From NCBI GenBank assembly GCA_977017645.1, contig OZ360237.1:72912001-72976000 (forward strand): 64,000 bases of DNA, given 5' to 3'. Below, in pieces: positions 1-12,419 of the stretch; position 1 is the stretch's first letter; each line of letters starts with the position of its first letter. This DNA is from Torpedo marmorata (taxonomy: Eukaryota). The notes beneath the pieces are model-generated. The model was given only the letters and a program-made list of their open reading frames with translations, was not told the origin of the DNA and ran no database searches. Made by a program: the position numbers and the translations under genes.

Positions 1-1488
1 TGCTGTCCAGGTGTTCCAAGGCTTTGCTTAGAGCCAGTGAGATGGCATCCGCCGTAGACCTGTTACTACAATAGGCGAACTGGAATGTATCCATGTCACT
101 GCTCAGACAGGGGCTGATATGCTTCATCATCAGCCTTTCAAAACACTACATCACTTTTTTTTAAAAATATTTTATTTAAAATATAATTATAAAATACAAA
201 ATTATCAAAATACATGTGATATATTTTCACCCTCCCCTCCCTCCCTTCCCCCTCCCTCTCTACTCTACTAAAAAAGAAAGAAAAGAAAGAAAAAAGAATA
301 GAGTGTGGAGAATGTCATTCTAAAAAAAAACAACTATAAATTAATTTTATTGTGGAACACAGGTTCGCCAGTCAGACCCGGTATCAAGAGATCTTCAAAT
401 CCTTAAACCCACAGTTTTTGTATATGGGCTCCATACCTTCAAAAAGAAATTATATTTATTACGTAAATCATAGGTAATTTATTTCAAGTGGTATGCATGA
501 ACGAAGTTCTACATGCCATTTTTCTAACCCTAAATCTACATCAGATTTCCATGTAATAGCAATGCATTTCTTTGAAACAGCTAAGCAATTTGCAAAAATT
601 CTATTTGGTACATATATTTAATCTCATTTTACTACTAATTCTTTTAATATCTCCAAACAAAAATATCCTAGGATCCATTGGGAGTGTAATTCTTAATACT
701 TTATCTAAAAACTACATTACTGTTGATGTAAGTGCTACTGGTCGATAGTCATTAAGGCAGGTTACTACACTCTTCTTGGGCACCGGTATGATTGATGCAT
801 GTTTGAAACGGGTCGGTACCACGCCCAACTGGAGTGAGATATTGAAGATATTCGTGAATACCTTGGTAAGTTGGTCAGCACCGATTTTTAATACTCAGCC
901 AGGTACTCCATCCGGGCCGGATGCTTTCCTCGGTTTCACTCTCCTGAAGGCAGCACGCACATCATCCTCAGATACGGACAGGGTGGGATCGTCAGGGGAC
1001 GTGGGGGTGCGGAGGGGTGGTTCCTTGCTGTTAATGTCATCAAATTAGGCGTAGAAGGCATTGAGTTCCTCTGGGAGAGAAGCTTTGCTGTCAGCTACTT
1101 TACCGGATTTGGTTTTGTAACAGGTTATGGGATTCAGACCCTGCCACAGCTGTCGGGTGTCCCTTGTTGTTTCCATTTTCATCCGGAATCTCCACTTTGC
1201 CCGGGAGATAGCCTTCCGCAGGTCATACCTGCTCCTACTGTACTGATCTGGATCTCCGGACTTAAATGCCTGTGATTTGGCTCTCAGCAGGATCTGGATT
1301 TCATTGTTCATCCAGGGCTTCTGTTTGGGGAAAACCCTGAATGATTTGGTGGGGACACACTCATCCACAGCTGTTTTGATAAAGTATGTGACAGCCTCGG
1401 TGTACTCGTTCAGATTCTCAGCAGAGTTCTTGAACACCGCCCAATCCGTTGACTCGAGGAAGTCTTGTAACCGTTCTTCAGCCTCCTG
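1..1488 (-). mobile_element. Rex1/Babar LINE (family B), 5'-truncated, runs off the window start; interrupted by an L1 fragment
   Basis: ORF 1045-1539 (ERLQDFLES..KPWMN..LPEELNAFYA) is near-identical to ORF 62388-63317. Bases 1-154 and 721-1044 are collinear with 62391-62880. Confidence 0.93.
155..710 (-). mobile_element. L1-clade LINE 3' fragment (ORF2 C-terminus, 3'UTR, polyA)
   Basis: Reverse complement aligns with the 3' end of the L1 at about 36040-36661. T-rich tail at 155. 10-bp TSD ACTACATCAC (145-154) / ACTACATTAC (711-720). Confidence 0.9.
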
Positions 1489-2049
1489 TGAGTCGTGTGG
1501 AGTATTAAAGTGACCAGCAAGCAGAAGGTTCAGGGTCACTGCAGAATGAACAGAAGAGGATAAATCCAGCTTCAGAGATAATCAACACCTTCTGGAAATC
1601 ACACAAGGAATTTTTGAGAAAAGACGCCAAAGATTCTCACGATGTGCATTGCAAGTGGTTCTAATTTACTATTGTATTATAAAGTTCACACCACCCCTCC
1701 ATAAAACATTGTCTTCCCACTAAGTGTGATGAGTGATGTAGTCTGAGTGTGCTCATACTTACTTCTTCCATGTCTGGGTAGGAAATAGTACATCTCAACT
1801 AATTTAATTAATTATACCTTTTACATATCAAAAACCTGTTTTATCATTGAACAACTCTTGCTGTTTAAGTGAGAGAGTGTACAGTATATTTGATTTCAAA
1901 CATTCACACTTCCTGCCATTAATCTTCTTGACTGTCAATGGTATTAATTGTATGCACACCATATAATGAGGGAGGACATCATTTAATGCTAAAGAGGGAA
2001 GGAATGCTCATTGTTCAATGGTTAAGAGCAATTGGGCATGGTGATCTAT

Positions 2050-2181
2050 TAATTTTTATTTAGAGATACAGCATGGTAGCAAAACCCCTCCAGCCCACAA
2101 GCCCACGCTGCCCAAATTCACCCAGATCATTTCACCTACTAACCCCATAAGTGTTTGGAATGTGGGAGGAAGCCGGAGCAC
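2050..2181 (-). mobile_element. V-SINE (HE1-like) 3' half
   Basis: Reverse complement has the GTGCTCCGGCTTCCTCCCACATTCCAAA core and the same tail as the copies at 11676 and 48270. Confidence 0.75.
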
Positions 2182-2379
2182 AGGTGCTCCAGAATAAAGG
2201 TTGGCTGTCGATGGACAGTGATCATTTGCTGCAAGACTCCCCCAACCCCAGCTACAGGCCCAAACAAGCCTGTGGCTGATCTCCTGAGATTGGCCTTTGG
2301 AGGATAGGGTGGCACATTTTCCACCCTTGGAAACCAGATACCATTCTGGCCACTGTAAGCAGTAAGCCTGCCAATCCAG

Positions 2380-3720
2380 TGCATTTTCCTTTAAGGTGTG
2401 GTGCAGATGATTTCACACAGTACCTCATATGAGGTCAAACCAAGCCTTTGTATCTTTACGGGTAATGTATCTAAATGCTTCTCAACCATTGGAAGGTAGA
2501 ATATTTAAAAACAAGTAGAATTTATTTCAGTGTCCTTCATACATTTTTGTTGGTTTTGGTCTTCTTCATGTTCTTTTCATAAGAAGACAATTTTGTGTCA
2601 GTGACCGTTTCATCCCTAATTGATGAAGCAAAGTCCTAAAGTTCTGACTTAAAATTACATAGACAGTACGACAGACAAGTAAGCAACTCACCCCATCCGA
2701 TCCATGTTGCCATTGTGCTTCCTTTGAACTTACTCCCATTTTTACTTGTGTAATTTCATCTGCATTACCCTTTGTAACTTTTTCTTTCCTATACTTCTCT
2801 GGCCTCACCATCATTGATGACCATCTTATGTCAATAGCTCTTCCATACATTTGAAATATTTCTTCTCACTGAAAGACATCGTTTAATTTTTCTCGCAGAC
2901 TCTTTTCTCCAGCTAAGAGAGATCCCGTCTGTGCATCCTTTTCTGGTGAATGTAACCTTGTATTTCCAATGATTTAGTTTCTTCATCACTTCTAAATCTT
3001 TATTTTATATTATGTAGTAACCAGAATTATACACAATACTTTTAAGTATCCTCTAACCAAAATCTAACAAATATTGAGCATAATTTCTTTGCATCTCTTT
3101 TGTTCCTTTACCCCTTTTAGTTTCTAATTTTCCCATTCAGTATGTGGGCCTTCTTATTTTTCTTACATGTATTTAATATTTCACAATTACCTGTGTTCAA
3201 AATTGTTTGCCTGCGGCACAGCTATTCTTGAATTGTTTAGAGGCTTCTGATTGTTTGCTGTGCATCTTAGTATCTCTGACATCTCTCACACTGCAACTTG
3301 TTGACACTTCAAATTTGGAAATGGTGTTTTCAGTTCCAAAGTCAAAATGTATTATTATAAATTGTTAAGAGTGATGATCCTAAAACAGGCCCTTTGTGAC
3401 CCCCTTCTCCTGCCTTCTGCCACTCTGAATTGCTGTCCAATTTTAGGCTTTCTGTGCTACAGCCAGAGAATTATCCGTTCTTTTGACCTCACCTTCATTA
3501 TGCAGCTCTTTATCAAAGGGATTTGGAAACCTAGATAAATTGAATTTACCAAATTATTCTTTATGTACCTGCTTAAGCACCCCTTCAAATAATTCAGTAA
3601 AGTTGGTCAATTTCGCTTTTTAAGTTCATGTTGACTGTTCATTAATGCAGTGTTCAGTTCTTGAAGTATTTCTTTCTTCTGCTTTAGTCAGGCTCCAATA
3701 TTTACCCTCCCATTGATATT
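2380..3720 (-). mobile_element. Old, highly decayed CR1-like LINE fragments
   Basis: Patchy similarity to the CR1 at 23052-24302, e.g. ACACAATACT..AAGT..CTAACCAA near 3030. No ORF. Confidence 0.45.
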
Positions 3721-3814
3721 AAGATCTCTCTCTCTCTCTCTCTCATTGAATGAAAGTACAATGTTAGCTAGCTGCCACTCCTGAGGAAGGAGGAAGGGGC
3801 AGGGGGAGGAGATT

Positions 3815-4017
3815 GTTTCAGGCCTGAGTCCCTTGTCAAGTTATGAGCATCTAGCCCTTTCCTCTCTCTTCTCCTCCTCCCACCTTTTTATTCAGGCTCC
3901 TGCCTGTATTTTGCTTATACCTTGACGAAGGGCTCAGGCCCAAAACGTTGGTTACACTTTACTTCCTATTCATGCTACAGTGACCTCCTCAGTTTCTCCA
4001 CCACATATGTGTATTGC
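3815..4017 (+). mobile_element. Penelope-like 3' tail remnant with a partial inverted copy
   Basis: 3911-3945 (..CCTTGACGAAGGGCTCAGGCCCAAAAC) matches the PLE tail at 10492. 3815-3849 is its degenerate reverse complement. Confidence 0.7.
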
Positions 4018-4269
4018 ACCCAACTGATAAGACATGCCCTAAATACAATCTAGAGATTTTTATCTTTTCCCAAAGTGATTTTTTTTGTTTTGTTTCCAAT
4101 CATGCCTGGCCATTGGACCAAAATAGTGCTTGATCTTTCAGTTGAACTTTGCTAATGGAACAGCGCTTGGGTATAAAATTTAAAATTAACTCAAATCCAA
4201 CCTGGTCACAACCAATCCTTGTCAACACTGTGTTCAAAATAAGATTCTATACCCAGTGCAATCATACCA

Positions 4270-5109
4270 GAAATATACAATATAATGCCTGTTGAAATAT
4301 ACAATATAATTCCTGTTGAATCAGAATCAGAATTTATTGTCACGAACAAGTCATGAAATTCGGTGTTTTGCGGCAGCATCATAGTGCAATTAACATTCAT
4401 ATTAACCATCTAACGACATTACTATAAAAATTATAAACAATAGTGCACGAAAAGTAAGGCAGTGTCTTTGATTCATTGATTATTCAGGAATCTGATGGCA
4501 GCGGGGAAGAAGCTGTCCTTGTGCCGTTGAGTGCTCGTCTTTAGGCTCCTGTACCTTTATCCTGATGGAAGCAGAGTGAAGAGGGCATGGCCTGGGTGGT
4601 GGGGGTCTTTGAGGATAGAGGCTGCTTTTTTAAGACACCGCCTCATGTAGATGTCCTCGATGGAGTGAAGTTTGGTGCCTGTGATGTCACAGGCCGAGTT
4701 AACAACCTTCTGGAGTTTACTCTTGTCCTGGGAGTTGGCGCCTCCATACCAGGCAGTGATGCAACCAGCCAGAATGCTCTCCACGGTACACCTGTAGAAG
4801 TTTACGAGAGTCTTTGGTGACATACCGAATCTCCGCAGACACCTCACAAAGTATAGCCGCTGACGAGCCTTCTTTGTGATTGCATCCACGTGGATGCTCC
4901 AGGACAGATCCTCGGAGATGTTGACACCCAGGAATTTGAAGTTCTTGACCCTCTCCACGACTGAGCCCTCGATGAGGACTGGGTCGTGTTCCCCTGACTT
5001 CCTCCTGAAGTCCACAATCATCTCCTTGGTTTTGCTGAATATACAATATAATTCCTGTTGAAATATACAATATAATTCCTGTTGAAATATACAATAAAAT
5101 TCCTGCTGA
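4270..5109. repeat. 24-bp tandem unit GAAATATACAATATAATTCCTGTT flanking the Rex insertion (2 copies left, 3 right)
   Basis: Directly visible at 4270-4317 and 5037-5109. Confidence 0.9.
4319..5036 (-). mobile_element. Rex1/Babar LINE (family A), 5'-truncated
   Basis: Encodes [35 protein letters not shown]. 3' end is AATAAA plus a (TTCTGA)n tail. Confidence 0.95.
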
Positions 5110-6109
5110 TCTGTTTGAGGATGAAAAAAAGAGACATTGGTTAAGAACTGAGGACACATATAGTGAATCCATCCTAACTGGATAAAATGCTGAGAGGGAC
5201 AGGTATTGCACACCACAGCATGACATGACCCAATGCTAATAATGTATGAGAGCACACAGCTGACCTGATCTTGTCCAGCTGCTGAATCGCTCAGGTCAGA
5301 GAGCCAGGCCTCTTTTATGAAGCAGGGCATCCCTTTTAACAAAGATAAAGCTTGCATTTATAAAATACCTCCTAGTCCTTGAGAAGTCCAAAATCATTTT
5401 GCAGCCATTGAATTACTTGAGAAGTGCTGTCATTATTCCCTCACTATCAAACGCGACAACCAGTATTTGAATGGCAAGATCTAATAGGCATTTGTTGTTA
5501 ATAAATCTGTTCTTTTTTATTGATAAGAGAGTGCCAGCTCCCCATAGTTCTGGAGGTTTATTCACATGACGTCAAATCACTTGCTACAAGCCCACTGTTT
5601 ACAAATATTAATATGAAGTTGAGAGGCTTTACACGTGGTTGTTAACCAGCAGTTTTTGCCCAGGGACTTCATGAATCAGAGCAAACAAAAAGTGCCCAAG
5701 TGTGTCAAACACATATGTAGTACAAAGGTCCTGGACAAGAAATCATGATGGTCAAAGAATTGGCAACAAAACTTGTTTTTAGCTTTGGGAAGATGCATGT
5801 AGAAGGATGAGCAATTATTTTTATTTGAAATACAGAGGAGCATGAATGCTGAGGTAGAGTCATCAAGTTCTACAGCATGGAAGCAGCTGCAACTCACCCA
5901 TAATTATAACCAGACTGATAACCGTAACTATATGGATGCAATTAGAAAGAGGGGGAATTGGGAGATTGGTGGTGGTATGAAGACATGAATTGTGGAATAT
6001 GTAAAATATGTTGGTACTGATACAGTTAAATAGCTAGAAATCAATTCTTTACTACAAATGGGGGCATTCAGTGGGTGTATAAGGGAGTGAGGTCGCGCCA
6101 CTTTGAACA

Positions 6110-6210
6110 AAGGTAAAGGTAAAAAGGTAAAGGTTCCATTATTGTCACGTAATACTACATTTAGAATGTAACATACATGAAATTCTTTAATTTTTGTCTA
6201 CCGTAAGGAA
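6110..6210 (-). mobile_element. 3' tail of the non-autonomous GC-rich retroelement family
   Basis: AAAGGT-repeat tail followed by GTTCCATTATTGTCACGTAATA..CATGAAATT..GTAAGG, similar to 58802-58890. Confidence 0.6.
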
Positions 6211-6228
6211 GCCAATGCATCAAATGAG

Positions 6229-6522
6229 TTCAGATTTCAGATTTATTGTCAGAGTACATACATGACACCACATACCACCCTGAGATTCTTTTTTCTGCGG
6301 ACGAGGCAGAATTACCACTTATTGGTAGTGCAAAAAAATACACAGATTATACATGTAAACAAATAAAGAAATGTAAACAGATAACGAATGTAAACAAACC
6401 GACTGTGCAGTACAGAGCGAATAAAAAAATCAATAAAGTGCACAAGTAAGAGTCCTTAACTGAGTCCCTGATTGAGTTTGTTGTTGAGGAGTCTGATGGT
6501 GGAGGGGTAGCAGCTGTTCCTG
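6229..6522 (-). mobile_element. Rex1/Babar family B 3' end
   Basis: Collinear with 61178-61463 (TTCAGATTTCAGATTTATTGTCAGAGTACATAC...). Confidence 0.9.
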
Positions 6523-6627
6523 TTAAGTTGTGATGTATAAATATTGGACTTTTAAAGAGTTTCTTGATTGATGAGCAAGGAGAAGAGATAAGTTTACTTC
6601 CTGGTTTTCTTTCTCGATAGAGTTTTA

Positions 6628-7541
6628 ATCACAGGCGCGCTTCAAGGATGCGTGCTTAGCCCACTGGTCTACTCACTCTACACCCCTGTCTGTGTGGGTA
6701 GGCACAATTCAAATGCCTTCTAAAAATTTGCCGATGACACCATGGTTGTCGGCAGGATCACAGACAGCAATGAGGAAGCGTTCAGGAGTGAGATAGATCA
6801 GCTAGTTGAGTGGTGTCGCAACAACAACCTTACACTCAAAATTAGCAAAACCAAAGAGCTGATTGTGGACTTCAGGAGGGGGAAATCAGGAGAACACGAA
6901 CCATTCCTCATCAAGGGATAAGCAGTGGAGAGGATCAAGAACAAATTCCTGGGTGTCAACATCTCTGAGGATCTGTCCTGGAGCCTCCATGTTGATGCAA
7001 TCATGAAGAAGGCTCGCCAGTGGCTATACTTTATGAGGTGTCTGAGGAGATTCGGTATGTCACCAAAGACTCTCAAAACTTCTACAGGTGTACCATGGAG
7101 AGCATTCTATCTGGTTGCATCACTGTGTGGTATAGAGGTGCCAATGCACAGGACAGGAAAAAACTCCAGAGAGTTGTTATCTCGGCCAGCGACATCATGG
7201 GCACCAGACTTCACTCCATCGAGGACATCTACAAGAGAGAGGCAGTATCTTAAGAAAGCAGCCTCTATCCTCAAGGACCCCCATCACCCAGGCCATGCCC
7301 TCTTCTCACTGCTCCCATCACGAAGGAGGTACAGGAGCCTGAAGACGAGCACCCAACGGTACAAGGACATCTTCTTCCCCTCCGCCAACAGATTTATGAA
7401 TGGACAATGAACGCAGACACTACCTCACTTTTTTCTATTTTCTTGCACTATTTATTTATTTTGAAATGTAATTTATAGCAGTATTTGCACTGTAATGCTG
7501 CTGCAAAACAACAAATTTCTTGACACTAGATTCTGATTCTA
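6628..7541 (+). mobile_element. Rex1/Babar LINE, older family-A-like subfamily, 5'-truncated and frameshifted
   Basis: QGCVLSPL and FADD-coding region at 6640-6740, ORFs 6925-7410 and 7020-7253, TTCTGATTCT tail. Confidence 0.9.
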
Positions 7542-8623
7542 ATCAAGTTTTAACTACTTGATATGTTTGCTCACACCCCTGCCAATGAAATGCTTCTTAA
7601 TATTTAAGAAGTGAAGTGGCAATAGTAGCGCTTCATACCCCAACTGTCCCATGCTGCTGAAACGACTGTTGTGCAGTGGAAAAGAAACACCTGCTCTAAT
7701 ACCCTGAGCGTGGGTACAGTGACAGCTCTACTCAATGGAGAAGGAGCTGGGTGGGATAAATGAGTCTTATTCCAGGTACAGCAACAGTGCTCTCCAGGTG
7801 AGCTAGAGAATGAGGAAGGGGGGGGGGGGGGGGCGCGGGGAAAGGGGAACATATTCCAAAGCTTGAATAGAAATCATGCTGCTCTCACCTGCTGCACCAG
7901 CCCAAATGAGCTCAGAGGTTTTAGTCTTGTTTCTCAGTCTGCCTGTTTGCCCAGTGCAGGCAGGTGTGAATTTTTACTCAAACATTTATCTTGCAATCAG
8001 TTCCTCATTGTGCTGTGGACAAGGAGAGATCTCTTCACCAAGGCATCCTCATCCTACTGGACACCTCTTTTTCTTCCCTCATTGATTGTCATCTGGTGAC
8101 TCATAGACTTGCTAATTACTTTGTGTGCGTGAAAAGCTTGCCGCCAATTCCAGAGGATTTCTTTCCCCACCAACCGCCTTTCTGTTCCCTTTTTATTTGC
8201 CCAGTGACCTCCGACCCCACTCTGTTGACTCTGAAGCTATAGAAAACCAAAAGAAATAAACGTCCCCTCCCCCAATACCCATTTTTTTCTCTCTCGTCCA
8301 CCTTGTATCCTTGTTTTTCAGCTGTGTTTCGTTAGACTGCTATATTTATCAGTGTCAACAGCAAAGCTGCAAAAAAGAATCTGGGCTGAAAAATAATTAA
8401 AATGGTGATAAAATGTGTGTAATTATTTTTGAGATCAAATCCTTCAAAAACATGTTTGTCTTCCAGTTAATCAGCACTGAGCCAACAAATGTTATTGCAG
8501 AGTATACTGGTGCATTGGAAGTTAATTTTCGATGTATTATTGATGGCCCATTGCTAATTGGGTATCAGTGGCAAGACCAGTATCTGAAAATCATTTAAAA
8601 AATGCAGAAGCTGGGAATCTGAA

Positions 8624-8966
8624 ACTTTCACACTGCCAACCCTCCTAGGAAGCGGCTAAACTTACCGGGCATGCTACACTCAGGAGCCTTTCCCACTGCT
8701 CCATGATTTACCTGGTTAATTGGCAACCCGGGATTTTAAGCTCCAGCGGTGACAATGCGAGAGCAGGTTGTGCTTTCACACCGCCAGAAGGTGATTAGTG
8801 AGTTAACTCGGCTGGGCCTTGTCACTTGCCCCCACCAAGTGTCAGAGCCTGGTTGAATTTAACTCGCCCTGCCCGGTTGGGGCTTTTCACACCACACAAT
8901 TACTGTGTACGGACCTGGTAAATTACCCGGTTCAACCCACATGTAGTTGGCAGTGTGAAAGGGGCT
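8624..8966. mobile_element. PIF/Harbinger-like MITE
   Basis: Terminal inverted repeat CTTTCACACTGCCAAC (8624) / GTTGGCAGTGTGAAAGGGGC (8946). Internal CTTTCACAC repeats. The left tip is eroded. Confidence 0.7.
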
Positions 8967-8973
8967 AAGAACA

Positions 8974-10305
8974 GATGTCCAATCCCTTTATACCTCTATC
9001 CCCCACACAGAAGGTCTGAAAGCACTTCGCTTCTTCCTGGACCAAAGACCCGACCAGTCACCCTCTACCACCACCCTCTTCCGCCTGGCAGAATTCGTCC
9101 TCACTCTCAATAACTTCTCCTTCAACTCATCCCACTTCCTCCAAATCAAAGGAGTAGCCATGGGTACCCGCATGGGTCCCAGCTATGCCTGCCTGTTTGT
9201 GGGCTTTGTGGAGCAATCCATGCTGCAAGCCTACACAGGCAAGACCCCTCATCTCTTCCTCCGTTATATCGACGACTACATCGGGGCTGCCTCATGCACC
9301 CGCGATGAGCTTGTCAACTTCATCCACTTCGCATCCAACTTCCACCACGATCTCAAACTCACCTGGTCCATCTCTGATAACACTCTCCCCTTCCTGGATC
9401 TCTCTGTCTCCATCTCGGGAGACAAGCTTTCCACTGACATTTACTACAAACCCTCCAACTCCCACAACTATCTGGACTACACATCCTCACACCCTGTCCC
9501 CTGCAAGGACTCTATCCCCTTCTCTCAATTTCTCCGCCACCGCCGCATCTGTTCCCAAGATGAGGTGTTCCACCACAGATCTTCAGAAATGTCTGCCTTT
9601 TTCCCCTCCACCACCATCAACTCAGCCCTCAACCGCGTCTCCTCCATTTTCCGCTCATCTGCCCTGGCCCCCTCTGCCCCCAGACGCAACAAACATAGAA
9701 TCCCCCTCATCCTCACCTACCACCCCACCAGCCTCCGCATCCAACACATTATCCGCCGGAATTTCCGGCACTTACTACAGGATCCCACCACCAGACACAT
9801 TTTTCCTTCTCCTCCCCTCTCGGCCTTCCGTAGGGACTGCTCCCTCCGCGATTCACTCGTGCACTCATCCCTCCCCACCCATCGCACCCCCGGCACCTTC
9901 CCCTGTGCCCGCAGGAGGTGCAACACCTGCGCCCACACCTCCCCCCTCACCACGGTCCAGGGCCCCAAACAGGCCTTCCAAGTGAAACTACACTTCACTT
10001 GTACATCCAGAGAACTTATTTACTGCATCCGGTGCTCCCTTTGTGGCTTTCTCTACATTGGAGAGACCGGTCGTAGATTGGGAGACCGCTTTGCTGAGCA
10101 CCTCCTCTCCATCCGCAACAACAGCGACCTCCCAGTAGCCAACCATTTCAATTCCGGGTCACACTCCCACACTCACATGTCTGTGCATGGCCTTATGTAC
10201 TATCCCACCCAGACTACCCGTAAATTGGAGGAACAACATCTAATTTTCTGTCTGGGCACTCTCCAGCCAGATGGCATTAACATTGACTTTTCTGCTTTCC
10301 ACTAA
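8974..10305 (+). pseudogene. Truncated PLE ORF: RT core, Cys/His linker, GIY-YIG nuclease
   Basis: Frame is open from DVQSLYTSIP (RT motif A) through GVAMG, RYIDD, CARRRCNTC and LIYCIRC..LYIGETGRRLGDRFAEH. Has a 12-nt in-frame deletion relative to the 39966-40985 copy. Confidence 0.92.
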
Positions 10306-10604
10306 ACCTGCTTGTCATTCCCTTCCCCTCCCCCCTCACCTGTCCTTCCTGTTTTTCTCCACCTACCTAGCCATCCCTCCTCCCCCTCTTTGCTGCTGTC
10401 CCCTCCCTCCTTTCTCCACCTATCATCCCCTGCCTTTGCCACCCCCCCTTCCCCCCTCACTCTTTCGTTCGGACGCCTGCCGGTATTTTCTCATACTTTG
10501 ATGAAGGGCTCAAGCCCGAAACGTCGGTTATGTATTTCTACCTTTGCTACATAAAATACACTGTTTGACCTGCTGAGTTTCTCCAGCATTTGTGTTTTTT
10601 AATT
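8976..10604 (+). mobile_element. Penelope-like retroelement (RT plus GIY-YIG endonuclease), 5'-truncated
   Basis: 10-bp TSD TAAGAACAGA (8966-8975 / 10605-10614). Open frame with PLE motifs. Pyrimidine-rich 3'UTR with a hammerhead motif. Confidence 0.95.
10492..10532 (+). ncRNA. Minimal type I hammerhead ribozyme motif (UUGAUGA core variant)
   Basis: CATACT-TTGATGA-A-GGGC TCAA GCCC-GAAAC-GTC-GGTTATG. Stem II is GGGC/GCCC, stem III is the loopless palindrome ACGT, and the predicted cut is after C10525. Same motif at 41340-41380 (+), 39739-39779 (-), 28511-28551 (-); mutated at 31593, 44900, 49603 and 3915. Confidence 0.75.
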
Positions 10605-10857
10605 TAAGAACAGAAAATGCTGGGAAAACTCAGCAGGTTAGACAACATTTATAGAAAGAGTAATAATTGACATTTCCGGTCTGCCTTGGTCAGAACTGTG
10701 AGAGAAAAAATGGCGGTACTGCCGCAGCTGCGGTAACGGCAGCGATGCTGCTGGTGCGGACATGGAAGGAGACGAGACGGGTCCTGCAGTGCAGTTCCGT
10801 AGAGTCCTACCACCTGATTGTTATGCCAATGGCCCGCTAAAGGTTTAAACCTCCTGT

Positions 10858-11193
10858 CAGTGTTGGCGCCAAGGGGGGCATTCGTGGGCATTGCCCCCCC
10901 AAGCGAGGTGCTGTGCCCCCCCATCGCTTGCCGTCAGACCCGCCCCCGCCCGCGTCACTAGTGTGCATCAAGCATCACTAGCGCTTGCTAGTGACTCTCG
11001 ACGCAATAAAAGCAGCGCTTACGGCTGCTACCGCCAGAGGGGACGGAGGAGGTGGAGATTTACGTCCGTTCGGATGGTAGTCCACCAGCACCCCCTCCCC
11101 CCCTCCCGCTGAGCGAGTTTACGACTGTCGGACTGTGCCCCCCCCCGGTTACCCTAATGCCCCCCTCTAACACTCGTTCTGGTGCCGACCCTG
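10858..11193. mobile_element. hAT-superfamily MITE (336 bp)
   Basis: 14-bp imperfect TIR CAGTGTTGGCGCCA / TGGTGCCGACCCTG. Perfect 8-bp TSD CCTCCTGT (10850-10857 / 11194-11201). Confidence 0.9.
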
Positions 11194-11675
11194 CCTCCTG
11201 TAGAACAGGGTGGCAGTGGTTTTATAACGTAACAAAACCCACAGAAGTCCATGCCTGAGGTAACAGCACCCATACTTGGTAAACCAGGCCATGAGGGTTG
11301 TGGGCTCCGGGAAAGCATCGGAGCAGGAGAACACCCCCCTGCTGAGAAGGAGAAGCCTGGAGATGACCCTACGGGGAGGAGACCCCAGCAGAGGACCAGC
11401 GAGGGGCTCAGCGGCTCAAAGACTAACACAAAGATGCGGGCTGCTGGTTTCAGGACCAGGGTTCATGAGGGTGTTGATGGCAGCAGGGCTCATGAAGGGC
11501 CTCAGGCATTAACAACTTCCTAATTGTATCAGGGATTTGGAAACAGGGACTGAGGGGGTGACTTGGATGCCTGGAGCTGCAACAGATAGGAGACTGTGTG
11601 GCTACGGAGGTTATGGGAGCGCAGGAGGTGGTGGGATCCACGAACGTGCAATGTGTCTGAGGGGACTCTCCTTTT

Positions 11676-11960
11676 AAATTTTTTAATTTACACATACAGC
11701 ACGGTAACAGGCCATTTCGTCCCACGAGCCCATACCGCTCAATTACAACCAATTAACCTACAATCCCCGGTACGTATCGAATGTTGGGTGGAAACCGGAG
11801 CCCCCGGATGAAACCCACGCAGACTCGGGGAGAACGTACAAACTCCTTACAGACAGCGCGGGATTCGAACCCCAGTCCCGATCAATGGCGCAGTAAAGGT
11901 ATTGTGCTAACCGCTACCCCAACAATGCCGCCCAACCACGCTAGGCCAAACGTGCTGCCC
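11676..11960 (-). mobile_element. tRNA-derived V-SINE (HE1-like), full length, with a duplicated 5' tip
   Basis: Reverse complement has B box GGTTCGAATCCC, an A-box-like head, V-domain GGGCTCCGGTTTCCACCCAACATTC and a CR1-like 3' tail. Confidence 0.88.
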
Positions 11961-12419
11961 TTCTCTTTGCTTCTCTTTCTCTTCTTGGCAGGGGCGGTGG
12001 GTGGACTAATGGCCCCCCCTCTTTGTGTGCCTTTACTGAACATGTTTTGTGAGTTTATGTACATGACAAAAAGGAACTTTGAAAGAGTGAGATGGAAGAA
12101 GGTTTTCAGTGGGAAGGAAGGTGGAAGAGCAATGTGTTGAACAAAGAGTGTGCCTGTGAGAGGATGAACTGAAATGGCTTCATGGGGGCAGTTCCCAGCC
12201 CATTAACCTTCTCAGTTTATTTGATGGTTAGGTGGTGGGACCTTCTCAGCAGGCTCGACTTGTGCATTTAGGATAAGCAAAAACGAGCCCACAAGATATA
12301 AAAACAGAAAATGGAAAATGGTGGGATTCAGGCAGCGTCTGTGGAAAGGTAAATAATTTCTGCTTTGGATGGAGGGCTCTTCATCAAACATGAGAATAAG
12401 AAAAATAAATTAGTTTGTT

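Larger units (their letters stand above)
10706..12083 (+). mobile_element. Non-autonomous GC-rich retroelement (copy A), hosting a hAT MITE and a SINE
   Basis: Head AAAATGGCGGTACTGCCGCAGCTGCGGTAACGGCAGCG is homologous to the heads at 60914 (-) and 59565 (-). Ends ATGACAAAAAGGAACTTTGAA. Confidence 0.75.

Noticed and set aside
4557-5357. Apparent chimeric proteins joining unique N-termini to RT fragments (also 29483-30178, 31169-31699, 24129-24404)
   Set aside because: Chance read-through across insertion junctions that TSDs and nesting already explain.
7620-7803. Plus-strand donor-like CAG|GTGAGC
   Set aside because: No open frame or convincing acceptor upstream.
9185-9985. Long Pro/Ser/Thr-rich ORFs overlapping the PLEs (also 40286-41131 and the start of 28737-29486)
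   Set aside because: Alternative frames of the C-rich PLE coding strand, with no independent sign of function.
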